From assembly GCF_018350175.1 (NCBI RefSeq), contig NC_058383.1:25980001-26044000 (forward strand): a stretch of DNA of 64,000 bases. Reading direction: 5' to 3'. Every line of letters begins with the position of its first letter. Positions within the stretch are counted from its first letter, which is position 1. Under the pieces are notes generated by a model. It saw only the letters and a list, made by a program, of their open reading frames with translations, did no database searches and was not told where the DNA came from. The DNA is from Felis catus. Taxonomy: Eukaryota. A program made the position numbers and the translations under genes. Shown here one piece after another: positions 23,726-36,453 of the stretch.

Positions 23726-25399
23726 ATTTCCTAGCAACTACCACATACTGAACGCCTGCTGTGCCAGGCGCCCTGCGGGCATCTCACGTGCCCCTCACCG
23801 CAAACCTGAGGTCACTACCACGGCCACCTGTTCGGGAGCCACTGCAGGTGCACTGCTTGAAGCCAGGAAGTGCCCTTAGCGGGAGCGACTGCGGGTTAAC
23901 CGACCTGATGGGAGGACGTGCTCAATCTCGAGGCGGCATCTCATCCCCCTTTTCTTTGCAAGAGCCTGGTCTGACAACACATAAACCACTTTCCCAGGAA
24001 ACAACGGAATAATATACTCCGGGCCCTCTGACGGCACATGGAGTTTGGCACCCCGGGTCCTGGTGTCTTCACCTGGGAAATTAGTCTAGAACTCATTCTA
24101 GAACTAGTTCAAGACTCAGGTGTGGGGAGATTCTGAAATGCCTGGCACGCGGTCAGCACGCCCCTGGCTGGAGCTGAGCTTGCAGGCAGGCAAAGGAGCC
24201 CGTTGCGCCTTCAGAGCTTTTCTCTCCGGGGTAACCTGCCGTCGCCTGCGCGTGCGGACCGGCGCGGGCTCGCGTTAACACGCCCGCTGGGGGCCGGGGC
24301 CGGGGGCGGCCCGGCTGGTGCAGCGCCCACCGCGCCAGGTGCACCGCTGCACCGCGCGCTTCCGGAGCGGGCTGTTCGCACCCACGGGGGCCAAGAAGCA
24401 AACCACCTCAAGAAATTGAAGAATTGGGAGTCACAGGGAAACTGGGCCAATAAAGGAAGACAAGTGAAAAGGTAGCATTTTATTGTCCAGGATAATTTTG
24501 GTTAGACACGATTTTTGCCCTCAGAGCTGATGGAGAATGGGACTCCACTACCTCATAGTCCAGTTGGTTCGCTGTATTCAGCAACGCCCCAGGTTTGTTT
24601 CTAGGTTGGGTTTAAATGTTTACGTAAATTCCAGTTAACATACAGCGTGATATTAGTTTCAGGGATACAGTGCAGTGATTCTCCCTTATTTTTAATGATT
24701 TTTATGACATTTACCTACGCCCGCTCCGGTTCCTCAGAGATAAAGCAATCCACCTCCCATTTGCTTGCGTGTAACTGTTACTTTTCATTGGGGTGATTGT
24801 TCATGGGCCGGTGGCCCCTGACGAAAAAGATCTTCCTCTCCCAAACGGGTCCTTGTTTTCAGCTCAGAATGAGTAAGGAGGATTCCCAGTCATACCCTCA
24901 CGTCCACCTCTCCCCGCGCACGAAATGAACCAGAGTTCAAGGGTGGCCACGGGGAAAGGGAGGGGCTCTTTCCACCCCGCCTTGCGGACTGGGCGGTGCA
25001 GCCTCTCCTCGGTGGGAGTAAAAACGAGGAGCACGCGCTGCGCTCAGCCGGGACGAGGGCGCAGGACCAAGAGCCGGATCTCGAAGCCGTGCACCGGAGC
25101 GGCTTTGACGGGAGCGGCAAGCTGGGCACCCCTCCCCTTTGGCCCCGCGCAGGCGGCCGGCTCCTAAAAAGCCCAGCCCCTTAGCGCCCCGGTGACCTTT
25201 TCACCGCCTGCAAAGTACAGTTTGTGCAAAACTCGGATGCTGGACGAAGCGCTGGTGTAGGTTACACCCTAAATGGTGGGATATACCTTTCGTGGGGCTT
25301 TTAATGATTAAAAAAAAGATCATGTTACGGATTGTTTTGGCCAGATACTTTTCAGCATCCATCAACGGTCCTTCCATTGGTAAATAAAGAAGATCAAAC

Positions 25400-27304
25400 T
25401 ACATTTCTTTTAAGATGAAAAGTTTATTTTGCCTTCTGCCTAGAAGCAAAACTAGTGAAAATTAAAGTATAAAAATAAATACAATTTACATTAATGGGCA
25501 TTCCACTCAAAGTAAAAGTAACAAAAATAATGTATATAAATTAAAAATCCATCAAAAGCACAAAACGATGTCTGGCACTTTTATGAGGAAAAGCTGTGAA
25601 CATTAAAATATGTGTAAAACACACAGGCTTTTATCTTTAAAAAAAAACAACACTCAAGTTTGTCAACCTTAATCTAAAGCTAGTTTTAACTTTCTCCAAA
25701 ACAATTTTTTTTTAGCTAATTTGCATTAGTGCACACAAAATTTGGAAGTATCTGTCTTTCTGGAAAGACCCACAATGATATGAGTAAGCTGTATCCTGAG
25801 TTTTCAGAATGATAAAGCACAATTTATCATATTAAGATATTTTGCTATACTTTATAAAGAATATATCAGTAACTCAGACATTTTTGACCGCCTTCTGATT
25901 TCCTGGCTCACTCACTCAACAAATGATACATCTCAATAAAGAAAATCAAGTTTACACCCTGGGTAGATTATTACGGTCTACAGCTGGATGTAATAGCTAA
26001 CTTTTAAATAGGGCCGAAAACTGGAGAAAACAATCTTTAGCTCCACCTTCTTCAAAGGATATTAAGAATATATACAGTCTGCATTTTCAAAATACCAGTA
26101 TCATTTTAAAATTCAAGTTAGAAAGAGTAAATGTACACAGTCCCGATTTTATGTGAGAAGCACAAAGCCCTTTTTGGAAATGGTATGATAAATTAACAGT
26201 GGCATTCACTTTCATAAAATCATGTTCCCTTGGTAACATTTTTTGGTTTATATTTTAAATGAATATGTCAGTGATGAAAACCTTAAACGACAGTGCCTCC
26301 TCAGTAATGCGTAACTTCAGCTTGACAATATTCCTGTTCCATCTGCAAATCTGAACTTGTTGTTATATAGCCCTTTAGTCTCTCCTAAATCAAGCAAGCT
26401 ACAAAGAGCAGACCATGAAGAAAGACAAGACGCAGACCACCAAGAAAACAGAAGCGCATGCAGTGTTACTCTATTTTACAGAAATGGATGCACTGATTCA
26501 CTCCTAGGTGCTACTACATTCCAGAAGATTGTGCTATCTCCCCTGATTTTTTACCCTCCATAGAAAGATTTTATGATTTAGGAGAAGTGTTTCCAAGAGT
26601 ACTGGGGTAACATACATTAAACCTAACATATCTGCACAAGACAACTAGCTGTTAAGAGGAATGTACTTTTGATCAAAGCAGTGGCCCCCGACCACTTCTA
26701 TGGTAAAGTTGGGGTGGACCACAATCAGCAGGCGAGTGTTTTCTCCTATGTGGTTATCCCGTAAATCCAAGAATATGAAGACTGAGAGATTAATCAGTTT
26801 TTAAAGTTACATAAACCAGGAGAAAAACATCCTTCTGCAGTAATTTCCCCTCAAATACAACAGTATCTAACTTATCAAATTTAGCAATCAGTATGCAGAG
26901 ATGAATGAAATTTATATTTGAGAACTTAATTTGTAATTTATCACACCTTTTTGACATCTTATAGAAATAAATCCAAATGCCCTTTAAGTTTACAAAAACG
27001 TTCTCTGCAGACATCTGGCTACAGAAAACAAACTTAGGTTTGTACAGGTTAAGCAAAGAGATGTGCCTTCACCCAAATACTAAATACTAATGTGCCTTCA
27101 CCCAAACCTAACATTAAGAGGAAAATGACGGTGTAGGGAAGGAATTAACCAGACTGATCAAGTTGCCCAGATAATTGCTCAGCCCTTTGATGTCACTTTG
27201 CCTGTGTAAACAGTCCAGGCTTAAATAAAAAGTCCTGGGCAGGGAAAACCGTATGCATGAAACCTCCCATCCACCCCTTGGTTATCCTAACGAATGTTGT
27301 CTTC
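25400..27304 (-). other. CCP110: CCP110 3'UTR (~1.9 kb)
   Basis: AT-rich stretch with no recognisable SINE, running from the stop codon to an AATAAA signal. Confidence 0.75.
25423..25428 (-). terminator. Probable CCP110 polyadenylation signal AATAAA
   Basis: TTTATT on plus at 25423-25428, followed on the minus strand by a GU/U-rich tract (TGTAGTTTGATCTTCTTT). Confidence 0.65.
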
Positions 27305-27357
27305 TTAAATTGTCGCAACATTTGGCCGCTTTCTTTGGGTTTTTCCTGCATATGCTC
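27305..27357 (-). CDS. CCP110: CCP110 terminal coding exon (GAYAGKTQRKRPNVATI*; an alternative frame extends to 27282)
   Basis: ttttag|GA acceptor, TAA at 27305-27307; matches recalled CP110 C-terminus RKRPNVATI. Confidence 0.95.
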
Positions 27358-29701
27358 CTAAAAATAGAGCAAAACTAATATTATTTCTCAATGTCAGTTT
27401 TTTTATAATACCGTTTAATGAGTGTTTACTATATAATGTCAAGCACTGAGCTAGGCAATGTACATTATTATATTTAATCCTTACATAACATAATCCCAAG
27501 GTAGAAACTTACTACTATTTTAAGAATACAGCCGAGACATGGGAGAGGAAGTCACCTGCCTAAGTAACAGATACTCTGAGAACCCAGTTACACCTGATTT
27601 GCTGTTTGACCCAATAACCACTGTGCCATACTGCTTCCGACTCTGCTTTAATTAGTGGTTTCTGAATTTCACTATAAACTCCTGAGTCAAGCACCAGACA
27701 TCAAATGAGCCAAACAGGTCTTAAAACATACGATCAGTGATTGCAATTGAGTTTGTAAGAACTATAAACTTTAAGTGCTCTGCAGCAAGCTGTAAGCCCT
27801 TGGCATTCTACTCCAATCTTAGAGTATGAAAGTCTGTCATCACAAAAAAAACTAGCTTTCTATCAATTGCTTAAAAAACATTCATTCTCCATGTGGATCA
27901 AACTAAAGCATAAGTTTCAAGTTTGTTTGTAACACAATCCAAGCCACTAAGAATCTAAGCAGGAAAGAAAAATCTTTTCAACTGCAACTATGGGTCCCTG
28001 GGTTGAGATTCATACTTAGAATCTTAATCAGTCATACCATAATTTTTCAATTTACATACAATGATAAAATCGTTAGTCTTTTTCAATTGTCTAGGCACTC
28101 AGGTATAAATAAATCTTTAGAAAAATAGGAAAGAAATTTTGTACTTGTTTGGATACATAGTAATCGTACATATTCATTTAAGAGTTAAGTTCATTTGTAT
28201 TTATAATTATGTTGCAATGCAATTAAACCACAATAGTTCTAAACATCGAACTTGAGGACATGACTAACTACACTACTCCGTTCCTAATGTGACTTCCTAT
28301 TCATCCTTCATACTGTTGAGTATTACTTGGCTCTTTTTCTTACAAATTCACAAGGGACAAACAGTGGAGATGAAATGCATGAGACAAGAACATGGAGAGT
28401 AGTCACTGTGGCAATAAATAATATCACGCAAAACAGAACTAACTCCTCAATCAACTGCCAGCTGGCCAGAATTTATCACAATATGTGACTCTAATATGGG
28501 AAAAAATTGAAAATGTCTTGAAATCCCACGTAACTTCACAAGCCGCAGATCTGGTGTTTGCTTGGACTTCTCCTAGTTACCTTTCAAACCAGGTGATTCT
28601 GACCACCTCTGGAGGAAGCAGAATCCTCAACTACATAACCCCCTTTAAAACACCTCCATTGACTGTCACTCACAGTGGCTTCCAAAAGATGACCTTTTAC
28701 ATTATCCTCTACAAGTGCAACATTATAAATTAAATTCACTACATACATGCAAAAAGTCAGCAATCATTTCAAAGCTATGTTCAGTATCTTGTTCCCTCTT
28801 TGAACTTATGTGAACAAATGGCAATAACAAAAAAAATTTCTTATGTTGTTCATTCCCTCCTAATTTGGAGGAAATCAGTTAGTAATAAAAGCTCTAAAGA
28901 TGCCTAATTGTATATTAATGGGAAGATTAGAGTTGATTAAATAACTCATTGCCTAGTAATTAACTGTATATTAATGGGAAGATTAAAATGATTAACTCAT
29001 TGCCTAGTGATTAATTTTTGGTTTCTTTTAAATGTTTAGAAAGAAGTGTAGTTAAAGCAAAGCACTTTGAAAGTATGTTTAATGGATCACATAATTTTTG
29101 GTGAGCTTATCAAAGTATCTTAACAAAGACAGCTACCAAATATTAAAACATTAGCTTAAAAGTTTGGCATGAGTTTCATATTAAATTTGTCTTCTTGCCA
29201 CCATAAACAGAATTTAAAATCCACAAAATAACAGAAACAAAACTTACCCCCTCCCGCCTGGCATATTCACATGTGATCTTGTGGCCAGAGGGAGAAATTT
29301 TTCATCACTTTATGTGCAGATACAAATATTCCTGGGTGATACACTGCCCCAAAGCTCAACAAACATGCACAGATTTAGGCATCAGATTATTATACTTTAC
29401 TCGTTTATAAAAAGGTTTTCTCATTTAGGCACATACAATTCTACAGATTTTTCAGATTAAAAAAATATATAGCGTTTCCACGGGATTATTACAGAAGCCA
29501 AGATTGGACACACAGTTTTACCAAGGTCTCCTGACCGCCACAAAATACTAACACGGTGGTCATTAGCAGGAATGACTGTGAATATGCCCAAATTATGGTG
29601 GCAAGGAAAGACAAGACATTGCACTCGTAGGGCCTGCATCGTGGGGCAGCTCGTGCACGTCCTTCTATTGAATGGGCTTGAAGAACTCATTTGCTACACA
29701 C

Positions 29702-29787
29702 CTGAAACAGGCGCTCTGTTAGGCACTCTGCTCTGTGAAGACTTCTGTCTATTTTGCACAACCCCCTTCACTGATGTCTTAGGGGTT
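29702..29787 (-). CDS. CCP110: CCP110 exon 14 (86 nt, likely cassette; [29 protein letters not shown])
   Basis: caattag|A acceptor, CAG|gtgtgt donor, phases 2/1. Confidence 0.92.
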
Positions 29788-30279
29788 CTAATTGAATATA
29801 AAAGAATTAATAAGTCACTTGCATCAAGATCTAAATGTTCAACATTCAAAGAAAGCAACCATACTGCAACAGTTCAAAGTGCAAATATGCTTGGAAAGAA
29901 CTTAAGTCTCACGAATGCGCACAGCAAGGAAGCTACGCTTTCCTTCATCGGGAGACTAGAACCAAGGCTTATACTTTGTTGGAAGGATCACTTTGGTGAT
30001 GCTGAACTTACCTATGGATGCTTACAATACTTAATGAGCAAAATGGTATGAAATGAAAAGTAAAAGCATGCCAACATAAGATGGTAATTAAGATATAATA
30101 CACAACAGTACACCAAAGGATTATCTTGGAGCACAAAACTTAAAAGATCTTCGCAATGCTATAAAACAAATCACACTTGTAAAATAGATATCCTTTATGT
30201 AAAGATACTAAATTAGTTTTCCCTCTCAAAGCTCATCTTGCTTTAGATGTTTTTAAATACCCAGGGGTGGCATTCTTAC

Positions 30280-30339
30280 CCTTGTCTACTAAGTAGCCTA
30301 TGAACAGGTGCATTCTGTCCTTGGTTTGGCTGAAGGACT
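30280..30339 (-). CDS. CCP110: CCP110 exon 13 (60 nt; VLQPNQGQNAPVHRLLSRQG)
   Basis: ttaacag|A and GG|gtaaga splice sites; peptide recognised. Confidence 0.95.
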
Positions 30340-31032
30340 CTGTTAACAAAGTAAGTAAAAAATTAATTCAGAAGAGACTGACATAAATTCAGTTATCCCC
30401 GCCCCCCCCCCTCATTTTTTAAATAGGTGAAAGATGATTAACAGTGAGGTGACACTGGTCATCTATGCAGATATACCAATGTAATACCACGGAGCAAATC
30501 ACAATGACTGAAGCATATTAATAGGGTACTTATATTTTTTTCACCAAGAGCCCAAATCTTAGGTTTTTGTCTGGATGTCTCAAGTGTTTAATTCTTGTGT
30601 GTTAGATAGTTTATTTATACGCTTCACAAAAACCAACTTTTCCTTTCAAACATCCAAGGGAAGTAACATCCCTCTTGTAAAAGTAGAAAACAGGTCTGAA
30701 ATATTAAGCTAGATTTCTAAGGTTTTTAAATAATTATCCTAAATAAGTCCTAGACTGTGAGCTGAACTCAGGACATCGGGGGCTCAAATTTCTACCCAAG
30801 ACAGCATGTCCTATAGAAAGGTCCTGAGACATGTGGTCTGTCATATAGCCAGCTACATGACCTAGTGTTAATATGGATCTTGGCCATTCTTCAGTCCTCC
30901 AGTCAGCTGGGAGTGTTCTGCTGATGTCAAGTTAGAAATAACTCAACAAAGAGCAAGCTTGGCATTTACAAAGAAAATCTTTTTTTTAAATAAATAAATA
31001 GCTTCTCACGGAGATGAAGTAATTTTTCTCAC

Positions 31033-31095
31033 CTTGTTTCAGAAAGATTTTGTTTAACCAGAAATTTCTTATTTGGCATTCCCATTTCAGCAGCT
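31033..31095 (-). CDS. CCP110: CCP110 exon 12 (63 nt; AAEMGMPNKKFLVKQNLSETR)
   Basis: tgttag|A and AG|gtgaga splice sites. Confidence 0.95.
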
Positions 31096-31845
31096 CTAAC
31101 ACAACATAAAAATAAGGACACACAATGTATTTAGAAAGGGAGAGAAAACCCTTACAGATGTGATACACGATGACAGAAACAAATCATTTACAAGTTTTGT
31201 ACTACTCAGCTGTACTAAGCACACCAGAGACTACTTTCCAGAAAGAAGCAGCTTGCAACGATAGTCACTTTGCATTAGGTTTCCCTCCCGTGAAGTCTTT
31301 CGCATATTAGAAAAAGACTACAGGGTTGCCTGGGTGGCTCAGTCAGTTGAGCATCCGACTTGGGCTCAGGTCATGATCTCACAATTTGTGAGTTCAAGAC
31401 CCGCATCAGGCTCACTGCTGTCAGCATGGAGCCTGCTTGGGTTCCTGCTTCAGATCCTCTGCCCCCCTCTCTCTCTGCCCTCCTCTGCTGGCAATATCTC
31501 AAAAATAAATATTAAAAAAAAAAAAAAAAAAAAAAGAATATATCCAAAAGAAGTAAAATTGACAGTGAATATAAAGATTAACTATTTTTAAGGCTGAATG
31601 GCTATCGATTACACAAGTTGAACACTGTCAAATTTAGTAGTTTATATGTTTTACCTAAAGATTAAATCAGATTTTATCACCTGAGTAATAAAACTATTTA
31701 TATAAAAAGAGATTTCTCAGCTCAGCTGTCAAAACGTGAACTGTTCTTTTTTCTAATTTGAATACACAAAGGGACCAATAGATGACTAAAATTAATTGGT
31801 TTGGCAATAACTGGATTAATGTGATGTGACAGGAAGTACACTTAC

Positions 31846-31919
31846 TTCATGTACTTCTTCCTATCGAGAGACTTCTGTGTTGCAGCTGACAGGGCCACTC
31901 GTGGGCTTTTCATTCTGTC
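31846..31919 (-). CDS. CCP110: CCP110 exon 11 (74 nt; [25 protein letters not shown])
   Basis: tttaaag|GAC and AA|gtaagt splice sites. Confidence 0.95.
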
Positions 31920-32679
31920 CTTTAAAATGCAAAACAAAAAGCTTTAATGGTACCAGTAATACCACTAAAATAATGTAGGATGATCTCAAACTGCACAGAA
32001 AATCTTCTCTTACTAGCATTCTGAATTTTAGTCTGTCTTTAGAACTGAAACAGTCCAATTTGTTAATAATTACAATGATTTTTCCCAATGAAGTAATAAA
32101 CTTGGCTTTTCTTTTGGCTACCACATGAAGACCAATGACTCAAACCACATTCCTCCAACACCCTGATATATTTCAAATAACTCTGGTTTCCAAAAAAGGC
32201 AAAATCTACATGATAGTTTCAAGGAAATTCAATGCGGAGCCAGTGATAGTTTTTTATAAGCCATCCAAACAACAGTCAAAGCTTCAACTCCAAAATCCAA
32301 TCACAAAACAATATGCAATTCTTTTAAATCTGTCATCAGAGTTGCATGTTGCTGGTAATCCTGGGGATTGTGCTTAAGAATTGCAGGGAAGCTGCTGAAG
32401 TCAAAATAGGGAATGAGGGGCACCTGGGTGGCTCAGTCGGTTAGGTTAAGTGTCAGACTCTGGATTTCGGCTCAGGTCACGATATCATGGTTCATGGAAT
32501 TGAGGCCTGCGTAGGGCTCTGCACTGACAGCCCAGAGCCTGCTTGGGATTCTCTCTCTCTCCTTCTCTCTGCCCCTCCCCACTCTTTCTCTCAAAATAAA
32601 CTTAAAAAAAAAAAAAAAAAAAAGAGAGAGAGAGAGAATGAGATTTAGTATCAATTACCCCAAACCCAGAAGAACCTCA

Positions 32680-33710
32680 TTGTGAAATAAGAAATATATT
32701 GGTCTCTGCCCCTAGTTCCTGCTAATATTTGATCTTTGACACCTGTTCCTAACACAGAGCTCCCAAAACCCTTGCAAATCTGAGAGTGAAAGAGTAGAAA
32801 CATTTTTTTTTTTTAAATAAGTTTACTTATTTATTTTGGGAGAGAAAGAGGAGAAAGAAAGAGTCCCAAGGAGGCTACACTCTGTCAGTGCAGAGCCCAA
32901 TGTAGGGCTCAATCCCATGAACCTTGAGATCAAGGCCAGAGCTGAAATCAACACTCAGACAGTCAGTTAACTGACTGAGCCACCCAGGTGCCCTGGTAGA
33001 AGCATCTTTTGTTCTAATATTTGTTTTACCTCAGTTCCTGACACACAGCTCCAATCCCTTGTCATTTTCTGGGTGACAGGAGCATCTTTTGTTCTAATCG
33101 AACAACTTTTTGGGGGGCCCCCAGGTGCAGACTATTCATCAGAAAGACCAAGCCTGAGTAGAAGCTTGGAACATTCAGCCTTAGCTTCTTATCTTGCAGA
33201 GACAAGAGAAGGGCTGGAGATTGAGTTAATCATTGATCATGCCTGTATGAGAAAGCCTCCATAAAAACACCTAAAATACGGCGTTCAGAGAGCTTCCAGG
33301 CAGTGAACACATCCATGTGCCAGGAAGATGTCCTCTATGCAGACAGAAGCTCATGCCCTCAAGACCCTTCCAGTCCTTGCCCTATCTATCTCTTCATCTG
33401 GTGGTTCATCTGTATCCTTAATTATGTCCTTTATTATATAATAAACCAGTAAATTCCCTGAGTATTGTAGGCCACTCTAGAAAATTATCAAACCCAAAGA
33501 CAGGGTTGTGGGAACCCTGTTTTAAAGCTGGTCGGTCAGAAGTATAAGTGACAACCTGAGACTTTGGATGGGGGAATCTTAACTGCCTCCTTACCTTGTA
33601 GTATCTGACTCTTAACTCCAAGTAGAAAGAATCAGAATTGAATTGTAGGACACCCTGCTGGAGTGGGGGAAAACCTCACACATTTGGTATCAGAAGTGTC
33701 TCGCGAGCAT
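32680..33710 (+). mobile_element. MER21-like LTR interrupted by a minus-strand SINE (~32803-32994)
   Basis: TGTGAAATAAGAAATATATTGGTCTCTGCCCC start and AGGACACCC near the end; similar to 6141-6860. Confidence 0.7.
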
Positions 33711-33765
33711 AGAAGAAATAGAGTTTTTCTTTTTCACTCATTCATTAAAAAATCAGATAACATAC

Positions 33766-33882
33766 CATTTGCCTGAGCATTTTCTCTTTGCGAACTTCTC
33801 GGTCATGATGGAGAATAGACATTCTCTCAGCTGCATCCATTACAAAGAATATGTCATGAATACCATACAGGGCAGCTCGCAA
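33766..33882 (-). CDS. CCP110: CCP110 exon 10 (117 nt; [39 protein letters not shown])
   Basis: cctag|TTG and ATG|gtatgt splice sites. Confidence 0.96.
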
Positions 33883-34067
33883 CTAGGTTCAAAAGAAGAA
33901 AATATTGTGCCCATTTAAAAAGATGAGATTAGAATTTAGTAATATTCTATGCACTTTCACTTAGAGAAAAAGGTTAAAGTTTTAATGGAAACCTATTTTC
34001 AGTGGTGAAATGAAGGGAGAGATATAAATGTCCATTCCCTAAAAGCCTACAGGATGTGGGCATTTAC

Positions 34068-34169
34068 CTGAGCTAACACTCTTTCCTGAAGAGAAGCATC
34101 TTGTGCTGAGACAACTCCTCTCTTTAATGGTGCCTCTGACTGAAAGCTTCTTATGAATTCCATAGTGTC
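34068..34169 (-). CDS. CCP110: CCP110 exon 9 (102 nt; [34 protein letters not shown])
   Basis: cttccag|GAC and CAG|gtaaat splice sites. Confidence 0.96.
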
Positions 34170-34542
34170 CTGGAAGAAGAAATGCTCCTTCAAAAACCAC
34201 TCTTCTAGAAAGATTGATGATCACTGGAATTTTCTTTTGATTTTTTCTCAGCCAATTCAAAATCAGTGAGAACATAAAACTATTACTTATCAGAAGGCAA
34301 ACAGCACTCTCTAAAGCAAGACAAAAAATACCCAAACTACTTCATTTAAATATTTAAAAAAATTATCAGACTGAGATTAATCAGATTTCTGTAACTGCCT
34401 CTATTGCAGTGACTAAAAAAATGTTGGATCTGCCTAAGTTCTGAACGAATTGGTCAACTCCAATTGATAGCTAGTGACTAGCTATCACTGAACTGGGAGA
34501 CTGAGACAGAAGTGAAATACAAACAATGGACAAGCTTCTTAC

Positions 34543-34659
34543 TTTTACGGTTTGGCGAAGTTGTTTTAGCTTATCTGTCTGCATAAGCCTACGAGTTAGA
34601 AATCCTTTTGCCACTGCAGTTACTTTGTTAAATTTTGTTTGTACTTCTGGACTGAAAAC
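34543..34659 (-). CDS. CCP110: CCP110 exon 8 (117 nt; [39 protein letters not shown])
   Basis: ttccag|GTT and AAA|gtaaga; IQ-like [11 protein letters not shown] segment. Confidence 0.96.
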
Positions 34660-34909
34660 CTGGAAGAAATAAGACAGATACAATTATTTAAGGATCTGAG
34701 CATTATACTCAAGATGTTTTCCCAATCTATTACAATAAGCTAAATTCTTCTACATATGTGTGCTCTGTGTAGTTTCATCTCTGACAAAAGCTAAGCTATT
34801 TGATATATGGCAAAAATATCTGTCCCCATTTGTACAACCTAAGATAATGTACCTCTTTAAAAAATATAGCTAGACAGACGGATACACAAATATCATGAAG
34901 TATGCCCAC

Positions 34910-35049
34910 CTGAGACCATTTAGTTTTGGCCCTTCCAAAAGCCCTTGTTACTGAGAGTTTGGTGAAGCCACTAGTTGATGATCCCCAGAGGTAGAAGGGT
35001 GCTTCATTTGCAGAACCAAAGCTATGCTGTAGGGCAGAGTTCGTGAAAC
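34910..35049 (-). CDS. CCP110: CCP110 exon 7 (140 nt; [23 protein letters not shown]...WSQ)
   Basis: ttccag|GT and CAG|gtgggc; lies within ORF 34796..35125. Confidence 0.95.
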
Positions 35050-35812
35050 CTGGAAAAATAAATATACATAGAGTATTATACTTGATATTATATAAGCAGA
35101 ATATGCAGAATGTCCAAATAAACACTTATGACTCACTAAGAAGAACAACCGCCTCTGAAACTAATCCATGTGCAGACTTAAAATATTTATGGACTTTAAG
35201 CTTATGCACCAGATGGAGCTTCTCAACACAAACAGCATCTCTGGATAATTGAAGATGTGAAGATATGCTCTTGCTGGGTCTGAAGAATTAGATGTAATTC
35301 AAGATCACTCAGGAGATGGCAAACTGTGTTTTCAGTTAAAGCACATCACCTGCTGCATGAATAAACAAAGCCTGGGCTCTGAATCAAATTTCCTAGTATT
35401 TTCCTCACTGAGGTGGCTTTTCTCATGAACACCTGCTCACTAGTCTTTGATCTGCCATCATTTCATTTTTCACTAGTTACTGGTAAATAGAATTACTTGA
35501 AGAGCTACAGTTTGGGGGCACCTGGGTGCCTCAGTCAGTTAAGTGTCTGACTTTGGCTCAAGTCACGATTTCATGGTTCAGGAGTTTGAGCCCCACATCA
35601 GGCTCTCTGCTGTCAGCACAAAGCTGGCTTCAGCTACTCTGTCTCCTCTGTCTGCCCCTCCCCTGCTTGCATATGCATGCATTCTCTCTCTCGCAAAAAT
35701 GAACATTAAAAAAAAAAAAAAAGAACAGAGCTATAGCCTTAAAATGTGCCAAGTAAAATACCTTGCTGTGGGATAACTTTCCCAAATGGAAGAGAATTCT
35801 AAAAACATTTAC

Positions 35813-35984
35813 CAGAACTATTTGAATTTGAAGTATGGAGTGAGTCCACTTGAGACAGCATTGTTTCCAGCAAACCAGAGTCACTCACTTTTCTCCATTC
35901 TAAGTCCACTGCACTGTGAATGCCCAATTCAGAGGCTTCAGCTGCCTTCTTCTCTTTTAACATTTTCTCCTGTTCTTCTATTTC
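35813..35984 (-). CDS. CCP110: CCP110 exon 6 (172 nt; [13 protein letters not shown]...HTSNSNSS-G)
   Basis: ctacag|GAA and G|gtaaat; lies within ORF 35799..35999. Confidence 0.95.
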
Positions 35985-36453
35985 CTGTAGATTAACCATG
36001 TATTATAACCTGCTATATCTTTCAATTATATCCCAAAATACCACCATTTTAGGCTTAGCTAAAAGTAATGGGGTATTATCAGCAAATGATTAATTTCAAG
36101 TTTTCCTACCTCAAGCGAAATCTTAAAACAAGTATTCTTCCCCTTCAATACACTCATGCAGAATGCATATTTCAGCATCTATGTATAAAATACCTTTGAA
36201 AAATATTAAACGTTTTGAGTCAAGGAATCGGAAGTCTCCTTTTGATAAATTATGCATTTATTTTTAGATAAGCTAAATATCAAACCTCACAATTCGGCAA
36301 TATCCATGTATCAAAATCAATCACCCCCTTAGATTAAGATATACAGGGGAAAAAACTACAAGTATCCTATACATAACGTGTGACCAAAACTCACACATAT
36401 CCTGGGCTAACTTCCACTTACCAGCCCCATGTCCTTACATTTTAATTCCTCAC

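Noticed and set aside
25400..27304. miR-34/449 sites in the CCP110 3'UTR
   Set aside because: Only offset 6-mers (GCAGTG on plus) were seen by eye; no full GGCAGTG match found
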